A stretch of 64,000 bases of DNA from an uncultured Acidobacteriota bacterium (GTDB lineage: Bacteria > Acidobacteriota > UBA6911): contig CAWEJX010000008.1 of assembly GCA_963809485.1 (NCBI GenBank), forward strand, positions 480,001 through 544,000, read 5' to 3'. Positions 40,547 through 49,712 of this stretch are shown piece by piece. The first letter of the stretch is position 1; each line of letters opens with the position of its first letter. The position numbers and the translations under genes are program-made. The notes beneath the pieces were generated by a model. It made no database searches, was not told where the DNA came from, and saw nothing but the letters and a program-made list of their open reading frames with translations.

Positions 40547-41070
40547 AAATACTATGCCGTCCTCAGTCGATCATGGGCCAGGGGCAGCGATCTCTATCAT
40601 CTTGTGGGGCACCTTACGGAACACGCCTGGGCGGCTCCGAACCTCGAGCTTCTGAATGCTGCTTTGGAACAAACGAGTTGGGATGGGCCCCGCCTAACAA
40701 AAGCCGTTTGGCGGAAACAGCTAAGGAATCGAGTCAGGCATCTCCTGCAAAGCCGGAGGCTTGAATGACTGGAACTGCTCAAAGCGGTTGGAGGAGTTAC
40801 GCCGGTCTTGAACGCTGACTTACGCCGACCCTCGCCGAACAAATCGGCGTTTGTCAGCGTATCTCAGCGTTTCAAAATACGGAGCTGTCAAACTCTATGA
40901 GTCCCCCGGCAGAGCCTTTTCGAGTCACGCCGCCGTAGACGGCGGTTTGCCTTAAGGCGAATCGATTCCCTTGACTGGGAGAAAGCCCGAGCTGATGTTA
41001 AACCGTTCCTGGAACGCGATCGGGACCTGGATTTAGTGTAGAACGACGTCCTTATCGGTCTCCTGAAATG
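40547..41070 (+). pseudogene. C-terminal remnant of an AbiEii-type nucleotidyltransferase toxin, interrupted by MITE copy 4
   Basis: Manual translation KYYAVLSRSWARGSDLYHL...APNLELLNAALEQTSWDGP...WRKQLR [MITE] RRIDSLDWEKARADVKPFLERDRDLDLV*; family recognised from memory, not searched. Confidence 0.6.
40733..40916 (-). mobile_element. IS200/IS605-type MITE, copy 4 (left end truncated)
   Basis: GTCAGGCATCTCCTGCAAAGCCGGAGGC...GAGTCCCCCGGCAGAGCC. Confidence 0.78.
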
Positions 41071-41203
41071 ATTTGGCTCTCATTTTCCTCTCCGCATTTG
41101 TACCGTCCCCGATGGCCACTCTCCCAATATTCTTCAAATCGGCCGTTACAATGGCGGAACGGCGGGCAAACTCCTTCCGTGCTCTCCGGCCCCCCTGCTA
41201 TCG

Positions 41204-41779
41204 CTATGCCTTGGGCTCCTTCGGCGGCTGCCCTATTCGGGAATAGGTACTTGTCAGCATGATCTCCAGGAAAATGAAAGGCTTATTGATTTTGGTGATC
41301 GTGATCGGGCCATGACTCAGAGCCTTAGCTACTGATATGACGGTAGGTACGTTAATGATATGCTTTTCCTGTTCCTCGCCGAGGCAGACTTCAATTTCCG
41401 CGTCAAATTCCCGGCAGTTCATAGGATCGGTACTAAGGAAACCCAGGACCTGTCCGAAATCGTGTGCGTGCGCCGGCCCGGGAACGACAAATCCCGGCTT
41501 GTAGAACACCTGGTGAATCATGATGCAATCAGCCATGAGCTGTTGGGAATTCACTGAGATAGATTCCATTTGAGCGCGCTTCACGTAGGGTTCTTTGATT
41601 ACGTATTTTCCGTACTTGCCGCTATCCGTATAGCCTGCGGGTGGTTGGCTTTTGGGAACCGGACTGCTTCCGGGCTGCTGAAAAGCCGCCTCCAGATTGA
41701 CCGGAGGAATAACGATTCCAGCTGCGGGGAGAATAAGTCCTGACTGCAGAAATGCCCTGCGCGATGATCTGTTTTTCAT
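41204..41779 (-). CDS. Tat-signal cupin-like protein
   Basis: SRRAFLQ twin-arginine; HAHDFGQVLGF...EIEVCLGEEQEKH...HGP; paralog fragment at 61808. Confidence 0.65.
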   Translation of the reverse strand: MKNRSSRRAFLQSGLILPAAGIVIPPVNLEAAFQQPGSSPVPKSQPPAGYTDSGKYGKYVIKEPYVKRAQMESISVNSQQLMADCIMIHQVFYKPGFVVPGPAHAHDFGQVLGFLSTDPMNCREFDAEIEVCLGEEQEKHIINVPTVISVAKALSHGPITITKINKPFIFLEIMLTSTYSRIGQPPKEPKA

Positions 41780-42072
41780 AATACCTCCTGTTTTCGAGCT
41801 GTCACAAAGAACGCTGGCTTCTGACTTCCGCATGCGATTTGGGGCGGGAGATCCAGGGCGCAGCCCTTACCTGGGTGTTTATCCGAAACTCAACACCCAG
41901 CAACCATTGAGAGGGCAGCCACAGGACACTCGCCCTTACAGCATTGTCCCTTCCAGATTCAGCAATCGGGTGGCCTCCACGATTGAGGGCTGCTTCTTTT
42001 GTACCTCCGTCATTGCGCCGACACAAGATAAATCGTTGGCGGATGGTGGGATGTGATAGCCCTCCGCATAAT

Positions 42073-42396
42073 TCAACGAATCTGTGCAGCGCGCCGCGTC
42101 CAAGCGAGAATAGCTTCTCGAAGCGCCGCATGCAGACTCAATCCCTTTTCCTTAGCCCGTTCTTCCAACAATGCCCAAATAGCTGGAGGGAAACGAACCG
42201 ACCGTGGAACCGTTCCGCCGGTTTCAAGCACTTTCTTCGGACGCCCCCGTCCAACTTGAACCGTAATTCCTTCAGCTGAGATCCGTTTCGCGTAGGGATT
42301 TGGCCGCACATGAGCTTTTGAGAAATCAATCTCAGGCATTGCTTGAAGCGATGCCTTTGATGGCTCTCTTTGATGTTTTTTAGCTGCCTTCTTCAT
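42073..42396 (-). CDS. Antitoxin partner of BrnT (BrnA/RHH-like)
   Basis: MPEIDFSKA..PNPYA, GRGRP, C-terminal RSVRFP...ERAKEKGLSLHAALREAI; overlaps the brnT stop. Confidence 0.7.
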   Translation of the reverse strand: MKKAAKKHQREPSKASLQAMPEIDFSKAHVRPNPYAKRISAEGITVQVGRGRPKKVLETGGTVPRSVRFPPAIWALLEERAKEKGLSLHAALREAILAWTRRAAQIR

Positions 42397-42649
42397 ATTG
42401 TTTCCTTTCATGGGCTGTGGCGCGACGAGCGCTAATAATTCGGATATCATGACCGTCAATCTCTATGAAAACAACCAGGAGCACCCGTTGTTTGATGGAC
42501 TCGCCGATCAATATTGCGCGGTCGCTGTGAATATCATCTGTTACCATCAGCGCTAATGGATCCCAAAAGACTGTAACCGCTTCTTCGAAGGCGATGCAAT
42601 GTTTGCGCAAGTTAGCGATGGCCTTGTTCGGATCCCATGTAAAATGCAT
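42380..42649 (-). CDS. brnT: BrnT family toxin
   Basis: FTWDPNKAIANLRKH.IAFEEA..VF.DP, IRIISARRAT.HER..YEE. Confidence 0.92.
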   Translation of the reverse strand: MHFTWDPNKAIANLRKHCIAFEEAVTVFWDPLALMVTDDIHSDRAILIGESIKQRVLLVVFIEIDGHDIRIISARRATAHERKQYEEGS

Positions 42650-42686
42650 GAATTAAGTGTAATACACTAATGGATTATTTTTCAAG
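42650..42686 (-). promoter_or_regulatory. Sigma70-like promoter with palindromic operator for brnT-antitoxin
   Basis: Minus strand TTGAAA-N18-TACACT-6nt-ATG; palindrome AGTGTA-A-TACACT at 42656-42668 overlaps the -10. Confidence 0.55.
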
Positions 42687-42742
42687 CGTGGAAGGTAGAC
42701 TCAGTATCATCGGCTTTATTGACAATCCTAAGGGAGGTTAAA

Positions 42743-42820
42743 TGGTACGCCTGGCAGGGTTCGAACCTGCGACCTTCGGTTCCGGAGACCGACGCTCTAG
42801 TCCAGCTGAGCTACAGGCGC
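42743..42820 (-). tRNA. tRNA-Arg(CCG)
   Basis: GCGCCTG TA GCTC AGCTGGACTA GAGC G TCGGT CT-CCG-GA ACCGA AGGTC GCAGG TTCGAAC CCTGC CAGGCGT A CCA folds as a cloverleaf. Confidence 0.97.
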
Positions 42821-42877
42821 ACTTTCAGACTGCTTATAATTACACGGCTACTTGCCTTCTTGCAAGCCGCCTGAAAT

Positions 42878-42937
42878 AAAAAACGCCACGGACATCACGG
42901 ATTAAAAAATGTATAATCCGTTCAATCCGTGGCGTTT
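42878..42937. repeat. AAAAAACGCCACGGA...AATCCGTGGCGTTTT hairpin
   Basis: Same family as 30985, 36087 and 63491; 9-nt internal duplication on each arm. Confidence 0.85.
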
Positions 42938-42958
42938 TGCTTATGGGGAGGAGTATTT

Positions 42959-43552
42959 ATGGAAAACAGCAGCCGAAGGAAATTCGTTAAAGACATTACG
43001 GCAATGGCCGCTGTCGGCGCATTGTCCTGCCTGGAAACAGCCCGGCCGGCCGAAAAAGGAAACACTGAAGCGATGGTCGCGCCGTGCGGGCTTTATTGCG
43101 GAGCCTGCCCCATGTACCTTGCGACGCGGGACAACGACCAGCAGAGAATCGATGCCATGCTGAAAATGTTCAACGAGAGGGATCCGAAGCTGACCATGGC
43201 CGACGTGAAATGCGACGGCTGCATCGCCGGGGGCCGCGTCGCCTGGTATTGCCGGCAGTGCGGCATGCGTGAGTGCGCCGAAAGCAAACCGAATGTCACC
43301 CGCTGCCCCGATTGTTCCGAATTTCCCTGTTCCAAAGTCACCAATTTCAACAACGACGGCATGCTGCACCATGCAGAGGTGCTGGAAAATTGCCGCCGCC
43401 TGCGGCAGGTTGGAATCAAGGAGTGGGCGAAACTCGAGGCGGAAAGATGGAGCTGCCCTAAGTGCCACGCGAGCATCGCCTGGTACGACGCTTCCTGCCC
43501 AAAGTGCAGCGCGCCGCGCTCCGAGCGCCTTTTCGCCCTAAAAAAGGCCTAG
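42959..43552 (+). CDS. Cys-rich DUF3795-like protein with twin-arginine leader
   Basis: SRRKFVK; APCGLYCGACP, CDGC, CRQCGMREC, CPDCSEFPC, C-terminal CPKC..CPKC. Confidence 0.8.
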   Translation: MENSSRRKFVKDITAMAAVGALSCLETARPAEKGNTEAMVAPCGLYCGACPMYLATRDNDQQRIDAMLKMFNERDPKLTMADVKCDGCIAGGRVAWYCRQCGMRECAESKPNVTRCPDCSEFPCSKVTNFNNDGMLHHAEVLENCRRLRQVGIKEWAKLEAERWSCPKCHASIAWYDASCPKCSAPRSERLFALKKA

Positions 43553-43659
43553 CCAGGGGGCTTCGCCCCCTGATATCCCCCCGCGCGCGACACCCGATGG
43601 AATTCGAAGCCATCAAAACGCTCTCTGGGTATTGGAAGCCAATGGTCAGAGTAAATTTT

Positions 43660-43693
43660 TAACTGGGAACTCTGAACTGGAAACTGGGAACTG
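43660..43693. repeat. (AACTGGG/A) 7-mer array
   Basis: aactgggaactctgaactggaaactgggaactg. Confidence 0.75.
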
Positions 43694-43749
43694 ATTTTCC
43701 CAATAGAAAGCCGCGGATTCCGGAAAATACAAAACATCCTGCTAATTAC

Positions 43750-43984
43750 ATTGGAAAAACCCCCGGCTCTGCCGGGGGACTCAGAGAGTTTGACAGCTCC
43801 GTATTTTGAAACGCTGACGTACGCTGACATGACGCCGACGTACGCTGAAAAAATATATAAATTTTTTTCGGCGTGGGTTGGCGTCCGTTCAGCGTGCGTC
43901 GGCGATCAAGACCGGCGTAACTAGTCCAACCGCTTTGAGCGGTTCAAATCTTTCAAGCCTCCGGCTTTGCCGGAGGCACCTGAT
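43750..43984 (+). mobile_element. IS200/IS605-type MITE, copy 5 (interior type B), inside an AGCCGCGGAT/ATCCGCGGCT IR
   Basis: Both ends present; wrapper IR at 43709-43718 and 44008-44017. Confidence 0.82.
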
Positions 43985-44215
43985 ATCGGCAAATTTCGGT
44001 TTTTGGCATCCGCGGCTCCCTTTCATTCTCTCCTAAGATCCCTCTAATCAGACTCCGATAGACAAAAATCCCTGTTTGGCTTAGGATGCTTGCACGGCAT
44101 AATAAATTTTTTGTGCCCTACCCCCCTTGAAATACAAAAGCAAAGATGCGCGAAGACTGCAATGGCACTGTCGTCGATTTGAGCCGAACACGCACAATAT
44201 GGAGGCAATTGTTCT

Positions 44216-47200
44216 ATGAACCGGATTCGTTTCATCGCCTGCGCCGCAATTTTACTATTGGGGCTCATCGCTTTTTCCCTGCGCCTTCAGGCCGTCGACG
44301 GCAGCTGGACACTGCTGGCCTGGAATAATCTCGGCATGCACTGCATGGACTCGGATTATTCCATCTTTTCCATTCTTCCTCCCTATAACGTCGTCAATGC
44401 CCAATTGATCGATGCAAACGGCAAGCTCCTTCGAAATCCCGCAGGGGTCACCGTGACCTATGAAGCGGTCCTGGATCCCGACGGTTCGATCAATTCAACA
44501 TCGGCAGGCAAGACCAACTTCTGGAACTACGTCGCCAGCTTTTTCGGTATTTCGCTGCCGGTCGACGCCGGCCTTGCCGGATTCAACATGCCCGGCTTGC
44601 AGAACGTTCCGCAAGCCATGGCCTATGATCCGGCCATTGGCGGATTCACGGCCGACGGCGTTCCCGTAACCCCCTTTGACAACGCCGGCGTAAAGAACTT
44701 TTATCCCCTGTTCCATCTGGTTGCCCGCAACACCTCCGGAAGCATACTGGCGACAACGGATGTCGTGCTTCCAGTTTCCGATGAAATGGACTGCCGCTCC
44801 TGTCACGCCTCCGACTCCTCTGCCGCTGCCCGTCCGTCTGCCGGCTGGATCCATAATCCGGATGCGGAACGGGATTACCGGCTGAACATCCTGCTCAAGC
44901 ATGACGAGCATATTGGCAATTCTGCTTTATACCGGAACGCCCTCGATACCGCCGGTTATCGCCAGGATGGATTGTATGCAACGGTCACACAGGGCGGCAC
45001 GCCAATCCTTTGCGCCCGTTGTCACCGCTCCAACGCGCTGCCCGGAACAGGACTCAGCGGCATCGCGCCTCTGACGCAGGTGGTTCATTCGCTGCACGCC
45101 ACCGTCACGGATCCGACCAACGGTCAGACGTTGAACAGCAGTTCCAACCGGACGGCATGCTATCGATGCCACCCCGGCTCCGAGACTCGCTGCCTGCGCG
45201 GTGCCATGGGGATGTCGGTGGACTCCGGCGGGTCCCTGGCCATCCAGTGCCAGAATTGTCATGGATTGATGAGCGCGGTCGGTTCTGCAAGCCGTGAAGG
45301 TTGGCTCCATGAGCCGGCATGTCAGAGCTGCCATACCGGAACTGCAACCCAGAACAGCGGCCAGATCCGCTATACATCGGCATTGGACTCCAACGGGATC
45401 CCGCGCATAGCCGCCAATAACACTTTTGCCACGAATGCGAATACTCCTGCCGCCGGGCTTTCGTTATATCGTTTCTCCAAGGGTCATGGGAGTCTGCAGT
45501 GCTCGGCTTGCCACAACTCCACCCATGCGGAGTTGCCGTCAACCGTCCGCAATGACAACATCCAGAGCCTGCAGATCCAGGGGCACACGGGCACAATTTC
45601 CGATTGCATCAACTGTCACAACACCCAGCCGCGCACCGTGACCGGTGGGCCGCACGGGATGCATCCCGTCGACCAGCAGTGGGCCAATGGTCATGAAGAT
45701 GTGGTCGAAAATAGCGGATCGTCCCAATGCCGGACCTGCCACGGCACGGACTACCGCGGCACAGTGCTGTCACGATCGCTTGGGGACCGCGATATTTCAA
45801 CCGAATTCGGGGTAAAGAAGTTCTGGCGCGGCTTCCAGACCGGCTGCTATACCTGTCACAATGGCCCGGACAGCGACGATGCCAACCGGAACCGTGCGCC
45901 GGTTGCCGCCAATACATCCGCGTCCACCACATCCGGAGTTCCCGTCAATATCTCGCTCAATGTCTCGGATGCGGACAACAACGCCCTGCAGTTGCGCATC
46001 GTGTCCCAGCCCGCGCATGGAACGGTGGCGCTCAACAACAGGACAGCCACCTTCATACCCAATGCCGGCTATGCCGGGACCGACAGCTTCACCTACGCCG
46101 CCTGGGACGGATCAACCCAGTCCAATCTTGGAACCGTCGCCCTGAACGTCGCCAGCGAATTTTTCGTCCCTCTGTATCTTGGCGATGCTAATTCCTTCAC
46201 GGGTTTTGCCGTATCGAATTTCGGGGCTGTGGGAGCCGAGGTGCAGTTCACCGCCTATGCTGCCAACGGCACAAAGCTTCCCTTCCCCGGCAACCCGTCT
46301 TCTTACATGATTGCGCCTCGGGCGCAACTTGCGCTCCTCGGCCATGAAATCTTTGGCATTCCCTTCACGACTCCCCAAAACGGATGGGTCAGGATTTCCG
46401 GCAGCGTTCCGGACGTCGGCGGCTTGTATCAAATCGGCGATTATGCGGGCCGCCTGCTCGACGGCGCGGCTGCGGATACCCAAACGGCGCGCGTTTTGAG
46501 GTTCACCAGGGTGTATGAAGGAGCGGGCGCATTTCGAGGCCAAAGCGCAAGCACATTTCTGAGCATTGCCAACCCGAATTCTGCTTCGGTCACCATAAAT
46601 CTTAACCTGCGCGGGCCTCAGTCGAATCAGGCGCTCGCCCCGCAACAGACGGTGTCCCTCCCCGGTAACGGAGTTCTCTCGGGCACTGTGGCCGAGATCT
46701 TCAATCCGACGCTGCCGGTAACGAACGGTTGGGTGGATGTCCAGGTAACTGCCGGGGACGGGGTGGCAGGTTTTGAAATGGTCCGATTCCCCGATGTGGG
46801 AACCGTGGTCGGTCTTGCCGGAAACAGCGGCGACGCGCCCAATCAGTCCTATTCGGCCCAATTGGCGGTCACCCCCGACTATTTCACCCATCTGAAACTC
46901 ATCAACACGAGTAACCTTGCCCGTACGGTCAACCTGCACGCCGTTGCCGAGAACGGCGCGGATCTCGTGGCGCCTGTGGCCGTCCATCTCGAATCGGGAC
47001 AGTCTCTCGAACAAAGCGCAGATCAGCTCTTAGGCCTGGTTTCACCCGCTGTGGGTTCTCTGAAGGTTGATGCGGATGGTCCTGGAATCATCGGCGATGT
47101 TCTGTTCGGTGACCCGACGACGCTCACCTTTGCCGCTTCCTGCGCATTGGAGAGCCGGAAATTCAGAGCGGCCGTATTCAGCCACGTAGCCAACGATTCT

Positions 47201-47482
47201 TATTATTTCACCGGACTGGCCGTGCTCAATCCGACCAGCAGGACTGCTTCAATTACCCTGGATGTCTATACCGTATCGGGGCAGAAGACCGGATCGGTTG
47301 TGATGCAGCTCGGGCCGGGACAGCGCTTTTCGAAGCTGCTTACTGAGCTCCTGCCCGTTTCTGCAGGACAGATGAAAGGCTTCATTTCGCTCACGTCGGA
47401 TCAGCCTATACTTGCGCAGGAGCTCTTCGGCGACAAGAGCCTGAGTTTCCTTTCGGCTGTTCCGCCCAAAATTGTCCGATGA
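44216..47482 (+). CDS. Secreted 9-heme c-type cytochrome fused to an Ig-like domain and four C-terminal beta-rich repeats
   Basis: Signal peptide; WNNLGMHC; CRSCH, CARCH, CYRCH, CQNCH, CQSCH, CSACH, CINCH, CRTCH, CYTCH; APVA...PAHGTV...GTDSFTY Ig-like domain; repeats FTGFAVSN, STFLSIAN, FTHLKLIN, FTGLAVLN. Confidence 0.88.
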   Translation: MNRIRFIACAAILLLGLIAFSLRLQAVDGSWTLLAWNNLGMHCMDSDYSIFSILPPYNVVNAQLIDANGKLLRNPAGVTVTYEAVLDPDGSINSTSAGKTNFWNYVASFFGISLPVDAGLAGFNMPGLQNVPQAMAYDPAIGGFTADGVPVTPFDNAGVKNFYPLFHLVARNTSGSILATTDVVLPVSDEMDCRSCHASDSSAAARPSAGWIHNPDAERDYRLNILLKHDEHIGNSALYRNALDTAGYRQDGLYATVTQGGTPILCARCHRSNALPGTGLSGIAPLTQVVHSLHATVTDPTNGQTLNSSSNRTACYRCHPGSETRCLRGAMGMSVDSGGSLAIQCQNCHGLMSAVGSASREGWLHEPACQSCHTGTATQNSGQIRYTSALDSNGIPRIAANNTFATNANTPAAGLSLYRFSKGHGSLQCSACHNSTHAELPSTVRNDNIQSLQIQGHTGTISDCINCHNTQPRTVTGGPHGMHPVDQQWANGHEDVVENSGSSQCRTCHGTDYRGTVLSRSLGDRDISTEFGVKKFWRGFQTGCYTCHNGPDSDDANRNRAPVAANTSASTTSGVPVNISLNVSDADNNALQLRIVSQPAHGTVALNNRTATFIPNAGYAGTDSFTYAAWDGSTQSNLGTVALNVASEFFVPLYLGDANSFTGFAVSNFGAVGAEVQFTAYAANGTKLPFPGNPSSYMIAPRAQLALLGHEIFGIPFTTPQNGWVRISGSVPDVGGLYQIGDYAGRLLDGAAADTQTARVLRFTRVYEGAGAFRGQSASTFLSIANPNSASVTINLNLRGPQSNQALAPQQTVSLPGNGVLSGTVAEIFNPTLPVTNGWVDVQVTAGDGVAGFEMVRFPDVGTVVGLAGNSGDAPNQSYSAQLAVTPDYFTHLKLINTSNLARTVNLHAVAENGADLVAPVAVHLESGQSLEQSADQLLGLVSPAVGSLKVDADGPGIIGDVLFGDPTTLTFAASCALESRKFRAAVFSHVANDSYYFTGLAVLNPTSRTASITLDVYTVSGQKTGSVVMQLGPGQRFSKLLTELLPVSAGQMKGFISLTSDQPILAQELFGDKSLSFLSAVPPKIVR

Positions 47483-47554
47483 TACAGGCAGCTACGGCTG
47501 CAAACCGGCCAGGAAACGCCGGAAATTCCGCGAACGATAGTATTGCTACATCAC

Positions 47555-47710
47555 ATTGGTAAATCCCCGGCTCTGCCGGGAGACCCAAAGAGTTTGACAG
47601 TTCCGTATTTTGAAACGCTGAGAAACGCTGATAAAAGCGCTGACAAACGCCGATTTGTTCGGCGAGGGTCGGCGAGCAAAAGCCGATGAGGCGCTTCCGA
47701 TGGCGTTTTC
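47555..47710 (+). mobile_element. IS200/IS605-type MITE, copy 6 (right half missing)
   Basis: Left end and interior match copy 3 up to GCGCTTCCGATGG. Confidence 0.75.
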
Positions 47711-47714
47711 CTTT

Positions 47715-48046
47715 TCACCCGCAGCAGGATCGAGGCCTCGCATTTTGGACATCACATCCAGGCGCATACGTTCCGCACCCGGAGCCATACACCGAAAATG
47801 GACGGCATGACCGCGCTGGAGATAGCTCGCGTCGAATGGAGGGACTCCGATTGGCTCAGCCTTCAGGTCTGCCAGGGCCTTTTGCAGACAGGCCAGGTTT
47901 CGTGGATCGGCCAGGATCGCCAGATCGATGTCGCGGCTAAATTCGGCTACGCCGTATAATACGCATGCCTGGCCTCCCATAAGGAGGGCATATACCCGGT
48001 GCCTTCGGATCGAAGAAAGGACTTTGCGTATCGGATTCGGGATCAA
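47715..48046 (-). pseudogene. Nucleotidyltransferase-like gene truncated by MITE copy 6
   Basis: LLMGGQACVLYG...SRDIDL (GG-x-DxD pol-beta type motif); ORF tail reads into MITE sequence. Confidence 0.65.
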
Positions 48047-48176
48047 GCGATCCTCCCAATGTCAGGAAGGAATGCCACAGTTTCGCGGTTTCACGCCAAC
48101 GTGGGACAGGGGTTAATCGATACCATTCCGACCACTCTTCTCCGACCAACTCCTCTGCCGATACCATGGACTGCAA
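47937..48176 (-). CDS. Small hypothetical protein, putative partner of the NTase
   Basis: EEWSEWYRLTP..RWRETAKLW...GGSLDPESDTQSPFF; overlaps the NTase start. Confidence 0.55.
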   Translation of the reverse strand: MQSMVSAEELVGEEWSEWYRLTPVPRWRETAKLWHSFLTLGGSLDPESDTQSPFFDPKAPGICPPYGRPGMRIIRRSRI

Positions 48177-48449
48177 TGATGCCCAAACGGTGCCGGGAGC
48201 TCAAGTGAAGAATCATCCTATCCAGCCACGTATACTCTTGCTTCCAGTGAGGCCGGCTCAGGAGTGCACCTTAAATTGGTTGCAGTCGCCGGTAACGCTA
48301 TTGCTCAGCGTCATTGCCCTCACCGGTTCTGTGGTTACTTAGCCCGAATTGCCTGAATTTGGGGAGGCCGTCATGATATTGGGATCCGCCCCACACAGCT
48401 CGCCCAGGCCAATTGTGGGATTATTGCAGACGATAGGGGTCGGCCTGCC

Positions 48450-48832
48450 TTACCAGGCCCTTTTTACAAGCAAATCGGGCATAGGATAATGCTTTTTATT
48501 CAGGCAATAAATTTGACCGCCTGACTGAATTGCAGTGGCCGCCAGAATGGCATCATTGATATCGAGCCCATGGCTCGGATGCCATCGTCTGTAAAGAGAT
48601 GCCGCCTGGTCGATGACGCCTTGATCCACCACGGCAGTTTTGAATTGCGACAGGAATAGGAGTGTAGCATCCTCCTCTTCCGGGCGCATGAAGAAGACGA
48701 CCTGTGCGCTGCATTGCACTTGTCCATCATTACATTCGCCCTGTCGTCGCGAACCCGTTTCAGAAAATCCAGAGCCTGCACATCTCCCCTCAGGTGACAA
48801 ATGAGAACATCCGCATCGATGTAGGCCCTCAT
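48450..48832 (-). pseudogene. vapC: VapC/PIN toxin, frameshifted near 48720
   Basis: MRAYIDADVLICHLRG in one frame; DAILAATA...NKKHYP in another. Confidence 0.8.
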
Positions 48833-49086
48833 TTCCGGCGCCTCTCCATCGACTTGCGAAAAGTTTTCCGCGCTTCCTCCACAATTTGGCCCGCCGACTC
48901 CTTCCTGCGCCACACGCCGCAGGTCTGTTCGAAGATGTCGAACTTCTCCTCCCGGTCGATCTTGTCGGCGTAGTTTTGAATGGCGTCTTCGATGATGCGC
49001 TTTTTGGAAGTGCGCAGCCGTCTGGCTAGTGAACCTATGCGCTGGATCACAGATTCCTCCAATCGTGCTGAAAGTATCTTATCCAT
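48829..49086 (-). CDS. RHH-type antitoxin
   Basis: ILSARLEESVIQRIGSLARRLRTSKKRIIEDAI; ATGA overlap with PIN gene. Confidence 0.75.
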   Translation of the reverse strand: MDKILSARLEESVIQRIGSLARRLRTSKKRIIEDAIQNYADKIDREEKFDIFEQTCGVWRRKESAGQIVEEARKTFRKSMERRRK

Positions 49087-49100
49087 CTCCCGTCTCCTAT

Positions 49101-49141
49101 TCTTACGTAAGTAATATAACGTAAGATCAACTTAAAGGCAA
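49101..49141 (-). promoter_or_regulatory. Sigma70-like promoter with CTTACGTAAG operator for the RHH-PIN pair
   Basis: Minus strand TTGCCT-N17-TATATT; palindrome CTTACGTAAG 49102-49111 plus a second half-site. Confidence 0.55.
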
Positions 49142-49233
49142 ATATTCAAATCGGGAATCCTTGTCTGGAGGAAACCGAGCAGGAGGTCACTCTTTAGGGA
49201 AATACGCGACCATTCGTCGTTGGTTTTTTTGCA

Positions 49234-49512
49234 TTGCTACCCGATTTCAAGATTCAGGAATTGCATAACGGGGAAGCCCGCATCCTGCCGCGCGGCCAGG
49301 TGGAAACCTATCAGACCGCGGAATTCCTCCCCGATGGCCGCCGTATTGTGTTCGTCGGCGCCGAGCATGGGCATCCGCAGCGCATATGGATTCAGGAGCT
49401 TCCGGCCGGCGCGCTGATCGCCACCTTCTTTGTTACACGCGACATGCGCAGTTATGCATACGGCTACTTCCGCATTCTCGACGACCTCTACCTCGTGGAA
49501 GGGCTAAGATAG
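49234..49512 (+). pseudogene. C-terminal remnant of a Ser/Thr kinase-TolB/WD40-like protein
   Basis: FLPDGRRIVF...RIWIQEL and YAYGY...DDLYLVEGLR terminus, apparently internally deleted. Confidence 0.5.
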
Positions 49513-49580
49513 AAAGGCGGGGAACGCCGTCCCGGCGCCGCTTTCGGCCCTTGGCCGCGAGCTTTGGACAGTAGATCTGA

Positions 49581-49665
49581 TCGGATTAACGAATCCAATA
49601 AATAATTCAGCGTTCGTCGGCGTTTCCCTCAGCGTGAGTCAGCGTTACCAAAGCTGATGAATCCC
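49581..49665. repeat. About 85-bp dispersed repeat with TCAGCGTT 9-mer units, copy 1
   Basis: AATTCAGCGTTCGTCGGCGTTTCCCTCAGCGTGAGTCAGCGTTA identical at 56906-56949. Confidence 0.85.
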
Positions 49666-49712
49666 TGGATGCGTCTCTGCCAAGAGCGCATATCTGGCGG
49701 GTCCGGACCTAT

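Noticed and set aside
42000-42760. Integrative element at tRNA-Arg
   Set aside because: No integrase and no duplicated tRNA 3' end seen; only a TA pair
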